64,000 nt of DNA from an uncultured bacterium (GTDB lineage: Bacteria; Zixibacteria; MSB-5A5; CAIYYT01): contig CAVSCK010000004.1 of the NCBI GenBank assembly GCA_963726455.1, positions 608,001-672,000 of the forward strand, read 5' to 3'. Below are positions 38,625-47,320 of the stretch, piece after piece. Each line of letters begins with the position of its first letter. Within the stretch, counting starts at the first letter, position 1. Made by a program: the position numbers and the translations under genes. The notes under the pieces were generated by a model that searched no databases, was not told the origin of the DNA, and saw nothing but the letters and a program-made list of their open reading frames with translations.

Positions 38625-40781
38625 TCACACTTGCCAGAAAAGTGTTTCCCCGCGATTGGGCAGATCGAGAAATAGATAATCGGCTTCCGGCCATCTTTCA
38701 ACAACTTTTTCGTTTTCTTTAAGACTGACCGCAAAATAAAGGCGCTTTTCCCGCTCGCATTTCGAAGCGTCGCGCGGGATTGACAGCTCCGCCAGCTTAT
38801 CCCAACCCGACTCGACCTTCAGAGCTACAGGTTCCCAACCGCCGGACGTTTGCCTCAGAAAATGCGCGCCGGTCTTGTTGACAGTCAACATGTGTTTGTC
38901 CTCGCAGACCAGCTCGAATTGCAGCTCCGTGGTCTGCAAATCAATTACGGCATCTTTTTCGAAATCAACACGGAAATATACGCGGTCATCGTCATAGCCA
39001 AAAAGGATCTCGTGGATTCGGGCGTCGGCGCGATGCATGGATCCGCCGAGCTTGTGGCACTCAACCCTGCCGGCGCCGAACCATTCAAAGTAATCCGTTT
39101 GTCTGCCGTCGATCATAGGCGTGATAAAGTCGGTCGGTTCATGCAAACCGGCTAGTTTGGCAATCTTGCGAATCGGCTGAGTCAGTGACGAAGGCGGCTC
39201 CTCACCGATAATCTCCCAGACATTGAGAAGATTCTTGCGGAAGAGATAGTCGAACATTTCGAAGAAGGCGGTTTGGTGTTCATCGCCGTACCACCAGCAC
39301 CAGTCGGAGCCCTCGGCAATGTAAATCTCTTTCCAGGCCTGATCTGACTTGACCTTATCGAAGTCGGGATGCACCTTGAGAAACTCGACCAGATGGTCAC
39401 GCGTAGCGCCGAGCAGATCCCAGGCCGTGTTGTCTTCCTCGTGCCCAATCCAGACACGGAAATTGTGATTTATCCAGGAGCCCGAAAATAGGAATGGCAG
39501 ACGCTTGATTTCCCCGTTAGCGGCGAACACATCGGAAGGAAGCACCGTCTCAATCAGTTTATCTTTTTCCAGCTTGGTGTATAGAGCGCGCAGGAAATCG
39601 ACACCATCGTTGGGATAATACTCCCAGGCGTTTTCGCCATCAAGAATAACCGAGACCAGTGCATTGAACCCCTGTTTCTCGTATCCGACTGCGAGCTTGT
39701 GCAGTTCGGCGACGAAATCATCGGCGGCTTTTTCCGCATCCCAGTTGGAATAGACAAAGCCAATTTTGTCGGACAACCGATGGTCACGGAACATTATTCC
39801 GATGCGCTCAGCGTCGGCGCCCACGAAATACGGCTGATGGATGCTGTCGGCTTGCAGCGCCGGGTCGCGTTGTTTGGACACGGAATTTGCCGTGGAAGCG
39901 TAATAGATTTCCTCGTCACTGGCCATCCACCTGATTCCGTGCCTGTAGAGAATCGGTAGAATGTCTTCCGATACGGAACCTTCAGACGGCCACATGCCGC
40001 TACAAGCGGCCGCGAAAATATTGCGATACATTTCCACCGCTCCGGCTACCTGCACCTCGGCATCCTCCGGATGACTGAAGCGCTTGCGCGGCAGAGTGAT
40101 GTTGGGCAGCGCCATGCGCGCGGCTTCGGTGTCGCAAAGAAGGGGTAGAATCGGGTGATAATACGGCGAGAAGGAAATCTCGATCTTTCCGGCGCTGCGA
40201 CGGTCACGATAAGCCGGAATTATCCGACCAAGAATATCAATTTGAAGACTCAAGATGGCGTTCTTGTCGTCCTCCGTGTAGTCCCTGCCCTTGCGATAAA
40301 GCGCTTTGATCTGCTTGTCCGTCCGCAAAGTCGGATCGATCCAGACGGCGTTGGACCAAAACTGCAGATCAAGATAGTCCTGCTCGGTCAGGCCGTGGAC
40401 GCCGCCGCGTCCGGCCTTGTCACGGCATTTGTGATACAGCTCGTTGTACCGGGGATATGGCTTGATCATGGTCGGGTAATGCGCCGAAAAGAAATTGTCG
40501 ACGATTTCAGATTTTTCATCGTCGGCCAATTCTGACGCACGCAGCCGCGAGAGCGCCAAGTGCCTGTCAGCGGCGTCATGTTCTGTGTAGTCGATTATCT
40601 GTTCAAGAAGAGACGGCACCAGGTTGAAGGTCTGCTTGATGTGGGGAAACTCATCGAGAAGCAACAGCATGTCGAGATAATCTTTGGTGCCGTGTAGACG
40701 CACCCACGGCAAAAGATAATCCCCTGTCTTGAGATCCTTATAGAAGGGTTGGTGCATGTGCCAGACGAAAGCGACTCTCAT
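38625..40781 (-). CDS. Glycoside hydrolase family 57 (amylopullulanase-like)
   Basis: WHMHQP, PWVRLH, PYYHPILP, GMWPSEG (nucleophile), ILDGENAWE (acid/base), AEGSDWCWW. Confidence 0.93.
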   Translation of the reverse strand: MRVAFVWHMHQPFYKDLKTGDYLLPWVRLHGTKDYLDMLLLLDEFPHIKQTFNLVPSLLEQIIDYTEHDAADRHLALSRLRASELADDEKSEIVDNFFSAHYPTMIKPYPRYNELYHKCRDKAGRGGVHGLTEQDYLDLQFWSNAVWIDPTLRTDKQIKALYRKGRDYTEDDKNAILSLQIDILGRIIPAYRDRRSAGKIEISFSPYYHPILPLLCDTEAARMALPNITLPRKRFSHPEDAEVQVAGAVEMYRNIFAAACSGMWPSEGSVSEDILPILYRHGIRWMASDEEIYYASTANSVSKQRDPALQADSIHQPYFVGADAERIGIMFRDHRLSDKIGFVYSNWDAEKAADDFVAELHKLAVGYEKQGFNALVSVILDGENAWEYYPNDGVDFLRALYTKLEKDKLIETVLPSDVFAANGEIKRLPFLFSGSWINHNFRVWIGHEEDNTAWDLLGATRDHLVEFLKVHPDFDKVKSDQAWKEIYIAEGSDWCWWYGDEHQTAFFEMFDYLFRKNLLNVWEIIGEEPPSSLTQPIRKIAKLAGLHEPTDFITPMIDGRQTDYFEWFGAGRVECHKLGGSMHRADARIHEILFGYDDDRVYFRVDFEKDAVIDLQTTELQFELVCEDKHMLTVNKTGAHFLRQTSGGWEPVALKVESGWDKLAELSIPRDASKCEREKRLYFAVSLKENEKVVERWPEADYLFLDLPNRGETLFWQV

Positions 40782-40799
40782 CCGGCACCTGTGGTTCGT

Positions 40800-41498
40800 T
40801 TACTCGTACTCGCCCTGGTCGTATGTGAGAAATCCCTTTTCGATCATCAGGATCTTTGCCAGACGGAACTTTTCAGAAGTAATTCCCTTCTTCTGCAAGT
40901 ATCCATAAGCTTCCTTGGCTGTGGCCTGATCGCCTGCTTTGATGGCATTATCAACGGCGCCGAACAAATTACTTTCGGCTGTCACTGCACCGGAATCGGC
41001 GCGGGCAACTTCGAGATACTGTTTCGCGGCCTCGTTATACTTGCCGAGGGCGCTAAGTGAAGCGGCAATACCTTCCATGGCAGAGTATTTCGAGACGTCA
41101 TCCATCGCAAACTTGTCGATATATGTGCGGTATGCCTGTTGGGCTTTGTCGTAGTCATTGGTTTGGAAATAGAGGTTGGCAAGTTGGAACGCGGCCTGTT
41201 TAGCGGCGGCGGAACCACCGTAATCATCAATAACCTTTTGAAAATCGATGGCAGCGACCTGACCCTGATTATTGCGCATTTCGACTTCGGCGCGACCGAG
41301 CAGATCGAAGGCGTCAGTGTCCTTACGGGAGGATTGCGACACAAAGAACCAAATAGCTACCACGACAATCACCAAGACGCCGGCCGCGATCAAGAGGGTA
41401 TTGAGATTTTCCTCGGCCCACTCGCGGGTCTTGAACACGGTGGTAATGAACTGGTCTTCCTTCATCTGCTGCTTGGTGATTCTTTTCTGATGTGTCAT
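40800..41498 (-). CDS. Membrane-anchored TPR protein (YfgM-like)
   Basis: RITKQQMKEDQF N-terminus, single TM, TPR helices. Confidence 0.8.
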   Translation of the reverse strand: MTHQKRITKQQMKEDQFITTVFKTREWAEENLNTLLIAAGVLVIVVVAIWFFVSQSSRKDTDAFDLLGRAEVEMRNNQGQVAAIDFQKVIDDYGGSAAAKQAAFQLANLYFQTNDYDKAQQAYRTYIDKFAMDDVSKYSAMEGIAASLSALGKYNEAAKQYLEVARADSGAVTAESNLFGAVDNAIKAGDQATAKEAYGYLQKKGITSEKFRLAKILMIEKGFLTYDQGEYE

Positions 41499-41604
41499 CT
41501 AACCTCATTCTCCTGACTAAAACAGTATCCAACAGTGACTTTCGTCACGAAGAATCTACAAGATAATGATTCTTGCGCCGCTATCAACAGTTTTTTCATG
41601 CAAA

Positions 41605-41638
41605 ATGAAAGGGGCGGAACCTCTGAAAGGTTCCGCCC
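41605..41638 (-). terminator. Rho-independent terminator of the outer-membrane barrel gene
   Basis: GGGCGGAACCT-N5-AGGTTCCGCCC followed by a T-rich tract on the minus strand. Confidence 0.75.
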
Positions 41639-41671
41639 GTGAATTAACTTACGCTGTTAAGCCGCGCGATT

Positions 41672-43225
41672 CTAGAAGAAGCCAGTGAAATTCAATGTGA
41701 ATGACGGCAAGTTGCGCGCCTTCTCAGTAGAATAGTTGCCCCAAATAGTGGCGCCGGTTTCCGTCTGCTTCTGCTTAGCATACTCCATGGCAAAATCGAG
41801 CCAGATTTGACGCCAGTGAATGCCGGTGCCGAATGTGAGCACTGTATTGGAGACCTTCTTTCCAAGCACGAAGCCGATCGGCTGACCGTCGTTATCGCGC
41901 TTCACCTCAGACACCTCGCGATACGGCCCCTGCACCAACCGGAAGCCGGCGCGAACTGGAATCGTGCCGTACGAACTCTTCACCGAATATTCGCCACCAA
42001 ACCGCACTTGCATACTGTTTTCCAGAGCCAGGTCAAACGAATTGAAGACTTCGATCAGCTTGCCCGCGCTGTTGTAAAAGGTGCCGTGGGCGGGAACTTC
42101 GAAATACATCGAACCGGGCAGCGTGAAGGTATTTATTGAATCAAGACTGTTAATACCCTGGCGGACCTTGACCGAATCGAATTCAGCTCTCACATAATAA
42201 GAAGTGTTGGCATACTTGGCGTAATCGACGTCACCGGCTAACACCAGACTTGGCGTGACCTGATAAGACAATCCAATGGCGCCTTCCAAGGGAATCTGAA
42301 TTTTCGTCTTGCCCCGGAACAACGTCGGGTTGAAGGCCACCGGGTTTCCCCCTCCGGGAGTGTGGAGTTGCTTGTCATAAACTGTATCTCGACGAATCAA
42401 GTCATGGTCCGTGACCATCTGAAAAGGAGACTTGATGGTTACGCCGGCACGAAATTTGTCCTTCTTATAGAACAGGGAACCAATAAAATTGACGCCCTTC
42501 GTGGTCGCTTTATCATAGACGGAGGTTATCCCGTGGAACCAAACCGAATCCAAAACATCCTGCCCAAAAACGTAAGGCAAGACAGTGGTGTAATTGGAAT
42601 AGTAATTTGACTCCGTCGTACCCGTGTAAATATTGACTCCGCCACCAATCGAAAAATCTCCGTATAGACCAGTACCAAAACCCAGAGAGATCTGGTCAAG
42701 CCCACCTGTGTAGGTCCTCCGCATATCTTTCGGTGCGAGCCCACGCCACGTAGTTCCTTCGGCAGAACCATAGAACCAAATGCTATCGGAAGTGTACTCG
42801 TCATTAATCTGATCTTGTAACGATTGGTAAGTTGCAGATGCCATGAACGGGTGCCCCTTGATACGAATCGGCGCCACGAAGGAAGCAAAATTGGGCTTCA
42901 GCTTCTGATCCTTAAATGTGCTGCTGATATTGTATGAGGGATTGTGGGCGTAGCTGACTGTACTCTTGAGTTGCAACGGCATATAGACGCCGGCAATCGA
43001 GGCCTGAGTTTTGTCGACCTGAACCAAGCCGGCCGGATTCCACGTCAGGGCCGAAGCATCGTCGGCAACGCCGGTAAAAGCGCCGCCCATGCCACGGGCG
43101 CGAGCGCCGGAGCCGAGGAAAGAATAATCGATTGTGGAAAACGGATAGAGATTGAAATCCTGACAATACACTACCGCTGACGACAACAAGAATATAAGAA
43201 CAACTTTAGCGGTTAAACTTCGCAT
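41672..43225 (-). CDS. FadL/PorV-like outer-membrane beta-barrel protein
   Basis: Signal peptide; GSGARARGMGGAFTGVADDASALTWNPAGL plug motif; amphipathic strands; C-terminal Phe. Confidence 0.82.
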   Translation of the reverse strand: MRSLTAKVVLIFLLSSAVVYCQDFNLYPFSTIDYSFLGSGARARGMGGAFTGVADDASALTWNPAGLVQVDKTQASIAGVYMPLQLKSTVSYAHNPSYNISSTFKDQKLKPNFASFVAPIRIKGHPFMASATYQSLQDQINDEYTSDSIWFYGSAEGTTWRGLAPKDMRRTYTGGLDQISLGFGTGLYGDFSIGGGVNIYTGTTESNYYSNYTTVLPYVFGQDVLDSVWFHGITSVYDKATTKGVNFIGSLFYKKDKFRAGVTIKSPFQMVTDHDLIRRDTVYDKQLHTPGGGNPVAFNPTLFRGKTKIQIPLEGAIGLSYQVTPSLVLAGDVDYAKYANTSYYVRAEFDSVKVRQGINSLDSINTFTLPGSMYFEVPAHGTFYNSAGKLIEVFNSFDLALENSMQVRFGGEYSVKSSYGTIPVRAGFRLVQGPYREVSEVKRDNDGQPIGFVLGKKVSNTVLTFGTGIHWRQIWLDFAMEYAKQKQTETGATIWGNYSTEKARNLPSFTLNFTGFF

Positions 43226-43276
43226 AATTGGAACACTCTCCTTCTGTTCAACCCTATGGCAAAAATCAAGGCAGGC

Positions 43277-43305
43277 AATATAGGCGCGCCAAAATAGGTT
43301 GTCAA
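43277..43305 (-). promoter_or_regulatory. Sigma70 promoter of the barrel gene
   Basis: Minus strand TTGACA-17 nt-TATATT. Confidence 0.7.
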
Positions 43306-43397
43306 ATCATTTTTCAAGCCACTCACAGACGTTAGTTTAGACGGGAAAGAGGGGGTTTTGTGCAATTTGGTAATGCGAGTTTGTCAGTCGCGAAACG

Positions 43398-44813
43398 TCA
43401 CTTTTCGACGGCGTCCTCTTCGGCAACGGCGGCCGCCTCGACCGTATCGGCGGCATCCATCATGCCGTACTCATGGAGCTTATTCCGCAGAGTGCGAGAG
43501 GATATTCCCAGACAATCCGAGGCCTTGGTGCGGTTGCCGCCGCAGCGCTCCAAGGTCTCGATGATCATTACTTTCTCCATTTCGGCGATGGTCATTTGCT
43601 TATTGCCCGAAGTAGTTGACAGGGATGAGAGTTTGCCCAGGACGAGATGTCCTGGCAGGTCGGCGTCAGTTATCCGATCGTCTTTAGAGAGAACGACACC
43701 GCGCTCGATATAGTTTTCCAGTTCGCGGACATTACCCGGCCAATGGTAGGACAGGAGCAGTTTCATCGCTTTTTCAGTGACGCCCTTGACGTCGCGATGG
43801 TTCTCGTCATTATATTTGCGAATAAAGTGATCTACCAGAGCAGGTATATCGTCCAGCCGATCGCGCAAAGGGGGCAGATAAAGTGGTATTACGTTGAGAC
43901 GGTAGTAAAGATCTTCACGAAACCGACCGGTTTTGACCTCATCCTCGAGATTCTTATTGGTAGTAGCCACCAATCGGACATCAACTTTGACATTGATTCC
44001 CGAACCGACGCGCTGAAATTCGCGTTCCTGAATGACGCGCAAGAGCTTTGCCTGAATTCCGGTGGGGATTTCGCTGATCTCGTCCAGCAACAGGGTTCCG
44101 CCATCCGCAAGCTCGAAGCGCCCTGCTGATTGTTTGATGGCGTTGGTAAAGGCGCCCTTCTCGTGGCCGAACAATTCCGACTCGATCAGACCTTCCGGCA
44201 ACGCAGCGCAATTGAGAGTCACAAACGGCCCATTTGCCCGCGGAGAATTGTAGTGGATCGCCCGGGCAATCAATTCCTTGCCGGCGCCTGACTCTCCCCT
44301 TATCAAAACGGTGGCGCGCGACTTGGCGGCCGAAGACAAAGTGTCCAACAGACCCAGGAGCTTTTTATCGGCTCCGACGATGTTGCCCAACTGATAACGA
44401 GTGCGAATCTCCGAGCGGAGAATGCGATTTTCCAGAATGAGATGGCGGTGCTCGAGTGCCTTGGCGACGCAAAGCTGCAATTCGTCCGGGAGAATCGGTT
44501 TCAGGATATAATCATAAGCGCCGAGTTTCATGGCGTCAACGGCGTCCTTGACCGTTCCGTAGGCGGTGATCATTACTACGACGGTTTCCGGCCAATCGGC
44601 TTTCACTCGTTGCAGGAGATCGATGCCGCTCATCTTGGGCATCTTGACATCGGAAAGGATTACGTCGAATTCCTTTTGGTCGATCCAGGCAAGGCCTTCC
44701 TCCCCTGTCGATGCGGTGGTGACATTGTAGCCGAGCTTTTTGAGGACGGCCTGGAAAAATTCATTTACCAGCGCGTCGTCGTCAACGACGAGAATTTCCT
44801 GGATAGCGCTCAT
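43398..44813 (-). CDS. Sigma54-dependent response regulator (FleR/FlgR/AtoC-like)
   Basis: REC; GESGAGKE; GAFTNA; WPGNVRELEN; LGISSRTLRNKLHEY (tail typical of FleR/FlgR). Confidence 0.9.
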   Translation of the reverse strand: MSAIQEILVVDDDALVNEFFQAVLKKLGYNVTTASTGEEGLAWIDQKEFDVILSDVKMPKMSGIDLLQRVKADWPETVVVMITAYGTVKDAVDAMKLGAYDYILKPILPDELQLCVAKALEHRHLILENRILRSEIRTRYQLGNIVGADKKLLGLLDTLSSAAKSRATVLIRGESGAGKELIARAIHYNSPRANGPFVTLNCAALPEGLIESELFGHEKGAFTNAIKQSAGRFELADGGTLLLDEISEIPTGIQAKLLRVIQEREFQRVGSGINVKVDVRLVATTNKNLEDEVKTGRFREDLYYRLNVIPLYLPPLRDRLDDIPALVDHFIRKYNDENHRDVKGVTEKAMKLLLSYHWPGNVRELENYIERGVVLSKDDRITDADLPGHLVLGKLSSLSTTSGNKQMTIAEMEKVMIIETLERCGGNRTKASDCLGISSRTLRNKLHEYGMMDAADTVEAAAVAEEDAVEK

Positions 44814-44860
44814 GATTCAGTGCTCCCTGTACTCACCCTGGTCGGGACACTACGTTTGCG

Positions 44861-46138
44861 TTAGCCGGCGGGAAGCTCGATACGGAAAACCGAACCTTCC
44901 CCGTGATGCGAATCGACCGCGATCGTACCTTGATGTGCGTCGACAACTTTCTTGACCAGTGCCAATCCCAAGCCGGTACCACCCTCTCTGGTGGTGAAGA
45001 AAGGAGTAAAGATCTTTTCCCGGATGTCCGCAGGAATGCTGGTTCCCTGATCGGCGACGCTGAGCAAGACCTTCTCTTTCTTCGCAGTGATGCTGACGCT
45101 TATTGTACCGCCGTCCGGCATGGCCTCATCGGCATTCTTAAGCAGATTGACGAGTGCGCCACCCAAATTCTCGCGGTCGAAGGCGCACATTACGGGACGG
45201 TTGGGCAACTGCAATTCGACTTTGGAGGCAGAATTGCGAGTGTGCAGGTCCATGCGGAAGAAGTCGATGGTCTCGGTAAGCAGAGCGCCAAGATCTCCCG
45301 GCCTTGGCTGATGCCTGAGGTCGCGCGCGTACTCGAGCAACGATGTCACGGATCGATTCAACTTCTGCACGCCCGCAATGATCTTGTCGACATAATTGAC
45401 ATGCGGGCTGTCGTCGCCAAGCTCTTCCCTTAAGAGCGCCGCAAATCCGGCAATTCCCGAAAGCGGATTGCGGACCTCGTGCGCAATGACGGCAGCGACT
45501 TCGCCGAGTGCTGCCAAGCTCTTGACACGAGCCATTTCTTCCTGCATGCGTTTGACTTCCGAAAGGTCAACAAAGACTTCCAATGCCCCGACGGTGAAGC
45601 CGTTGCTGTCGGTGATGGGCGCACTGGAAGAAGAAATGGGAACGATGTTGCCGCCGGCGATTTGAACGTCCTTTTCGAGATTGCGGAAGGATTCGCCTCC
45701 GTCCAGCAGCCGGCAGAGCGAATTGGCGCCTGCCAGAGAACGTTCAAATAGCTGCTCATATTCCCTAGTGATGATATTATCGTGGTTGACTTGTAGAATC
45801 CGGCAGCCGGCGCGATTAATGCTGTTGATACGGCCATCGAGATCGACGGTGATTACACCGGCGGTCAGGGATTCCAGAACGTTTTGAAGGAAATTGGTAG
45901 TCTGGATGTTTTGTTCGAGTACAGCGCGCAGTTTCTCGTTGGTCGCCGTAAGTTCGTCGGAAAGCTTTTGATACCGCTCTTGCAAAGCGGCATACGACTC
46001 ATTCAACCGCTTGATAGTGTGGTTGAAAGTCGCAAAAGTCTCCCGGAAAACCGCTAGCTGTTCGGAATCCAGAAGTTCCTTGCTCGGTGCACCCGGCTTC
46101 TCCCTAGCCATTGGTCCTATTATAGGCGCATTGAACAT
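44861..46138 (-). CDS. Cytoplasmic PAS sensor histidine kinase (FleS/FlgS-like)
   Basis: F.TFN....RLNESYAALQ coiled coil, PAS, AHEVRNPL H-box, FFTTREGGTGLGL; no TM segment. Confidence 0.88.
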   Translation of the reverse strand: MFNAPIIGPMAREKPGAPSKELLDSEQLAVFRETFATFNHTIKRLNESYAALQERYQKLSDELTATNEKLRAVLEQNIQTTNFLQNVLESLTAGVITVDLDGRINSINRAGCRILQVNHDNIITREYEQLFERSLAGANSLCRLLDGGESFRNLEKDVQIAGGNIVPISSSSAPITDSNGFTVGALEVFVDLSEVKRMQEEMARVKSLAALGEVAAVIAHEVRNPLSGIAGFAALLREELGDDSPHVNYVDKIIAGVQKLNRSVTSLLEYARDLRHQPRPGDLGALLTETIDFFRMDLHTRNSASKVELQLPNRPVMCAFDRENLGGALVNLLKNADEAMPDGGTISVSITAKKEKVLLSVADQGTSIPADIREKIFTPFFTTREGGTGLGLALVKKVVDAHQGTIAVDSHHGEGSVFRIELPAG

Positions 46139-46202
46139 TCGTTTTCAACTAAAATAATTCGTAAAGCCGCACGAGGGCGGCTGAAACTGAAAAAGTACTG
46201 GT

Positions 46203-47291
46203 CTAGAAGTACGCCATTATTTCCGCCGCAATCTGGTCTAGCGGCGCGATAGTATTGGTTATGCCGGCCTCAATGACCGCGCGCGGCATGCCATAGACGA
46301 CACAGGATGCCTCGTCCTGGGCAATAATGTCTGAGCCCCTGACTTTCATGGCTTGCATCCCGTTAAGGCCATCCGAACCCATGCCGGTCATGATAACTCC
46401 CAGAGCAACGTGTCCTTGCACCTCGGCGACCGAGTGCATGAGCACGTCAACGGAGGGTTTGTGAATGGTGTTATCCGGCTTGTCGGATAGCACAGCCGTG
46501 GTCGTGGACAGGTTTTTGCGAATCGTGAGGTGCTTGTCTCCGGGAGCGATGTATGCAGTGCCGGGGCTGATCGGCTCGCCATCCTCGGCTTCTTTGACCC
46601 CGATTTGACACAAACCGTTTAAACGCTCGGCAAGCGACTTGGTAAACATGGGCGGCATATGCTGGACGACGACTATTCCCACGGGGAAATTGCGTGGCAA
46701 AGCCGTTAACACGGTTTGAAGCGCTGGCGGACCACCGGTTGACGTACCGATGGATACGAGTTTAATCAATTTGTGCTTCTTCGTAATGACGTGCGGCGCC
46801 GCCGGCGTCGTTTCACCCATGCCGGCCACCGGTTGCCGACCGATTTTGCGGGCTCTTCGCAACGCATATTGCGCCATCAGAGTGCGACGACGGCTGTGTA
46901 TGTGCCTGATCTTGGCCTGCAGTTCGGCCTTGATTTTGACGATATCCAGCGACACGAATGACATCTGTTTTGGAATGAAATCAACGGCGCCAAGGTCGAG
47001 GGCATCGAGCGTGATTTGTGCACCTTCTGAGGTTAACGACGAGACCATGATGACCGGTGTCGGCTGTTTTTCCATGATCATGCGCAGTGCGGTCAGACCG
47101 TCAAGCTGCGGCATTTCGATGTCCATGGTAACAAGGTCGGGCTTGAGTTCGAATGCTTTCTCGACCCCTTCCTTGCCGTTGGTGGCAAAGCCGACGACTT
47201 CGATCTGAGAGTCGTCCGACAGCATTACCTGGATCGCTTTTCGCATGAAGGCGGAATCATCGACGATGAGTACGCGAATCTTGTCAGGCAT
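46203..47291 (-). CDS. cheB: Chemotaxis response-regulator methylesterase CheB
   Basis: REC plus GTSTGGP, VQHMP, TGMGSDG catalytic triad motifs. Confidence 0.96.
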   Translation of the reverse strand: MPDKIRVLIVDDSAFMRKAIQVMLSDDSQIEVVGFATNGKEGVEKAFELKPDLVTMDIEMPQLDGLTALRMIMEKQPTPVIMVSSLTSEGAQITLDALDLGAVDFIPKQMSFVSLDIVKIKAELQAKIRHIHSRRRTLMAQYALRRARKIGRQPVAGMGETTPAAPHVITKKHKLIKLVSIGTSTGGPPALQTVLTALPRNFPVGIVVVQHMPPMFTKSLAERLNGLCQIGVKEAEDGEPISPGTAYIAPGDKHLTIRKNLSTTTAVLSDKPDNTIHKPSVDVLMHSVAEVQGHVALGVIMTGMGSDGLNGMQAMKVRGSDIIAQDEASCVVYGMPRAVIEAGITNTIAPLDQIAAEIMAYF

Positions 47292-47320
47292 GTAGAAGTC
47301 CTATATCTGAAGAAGCTAAT

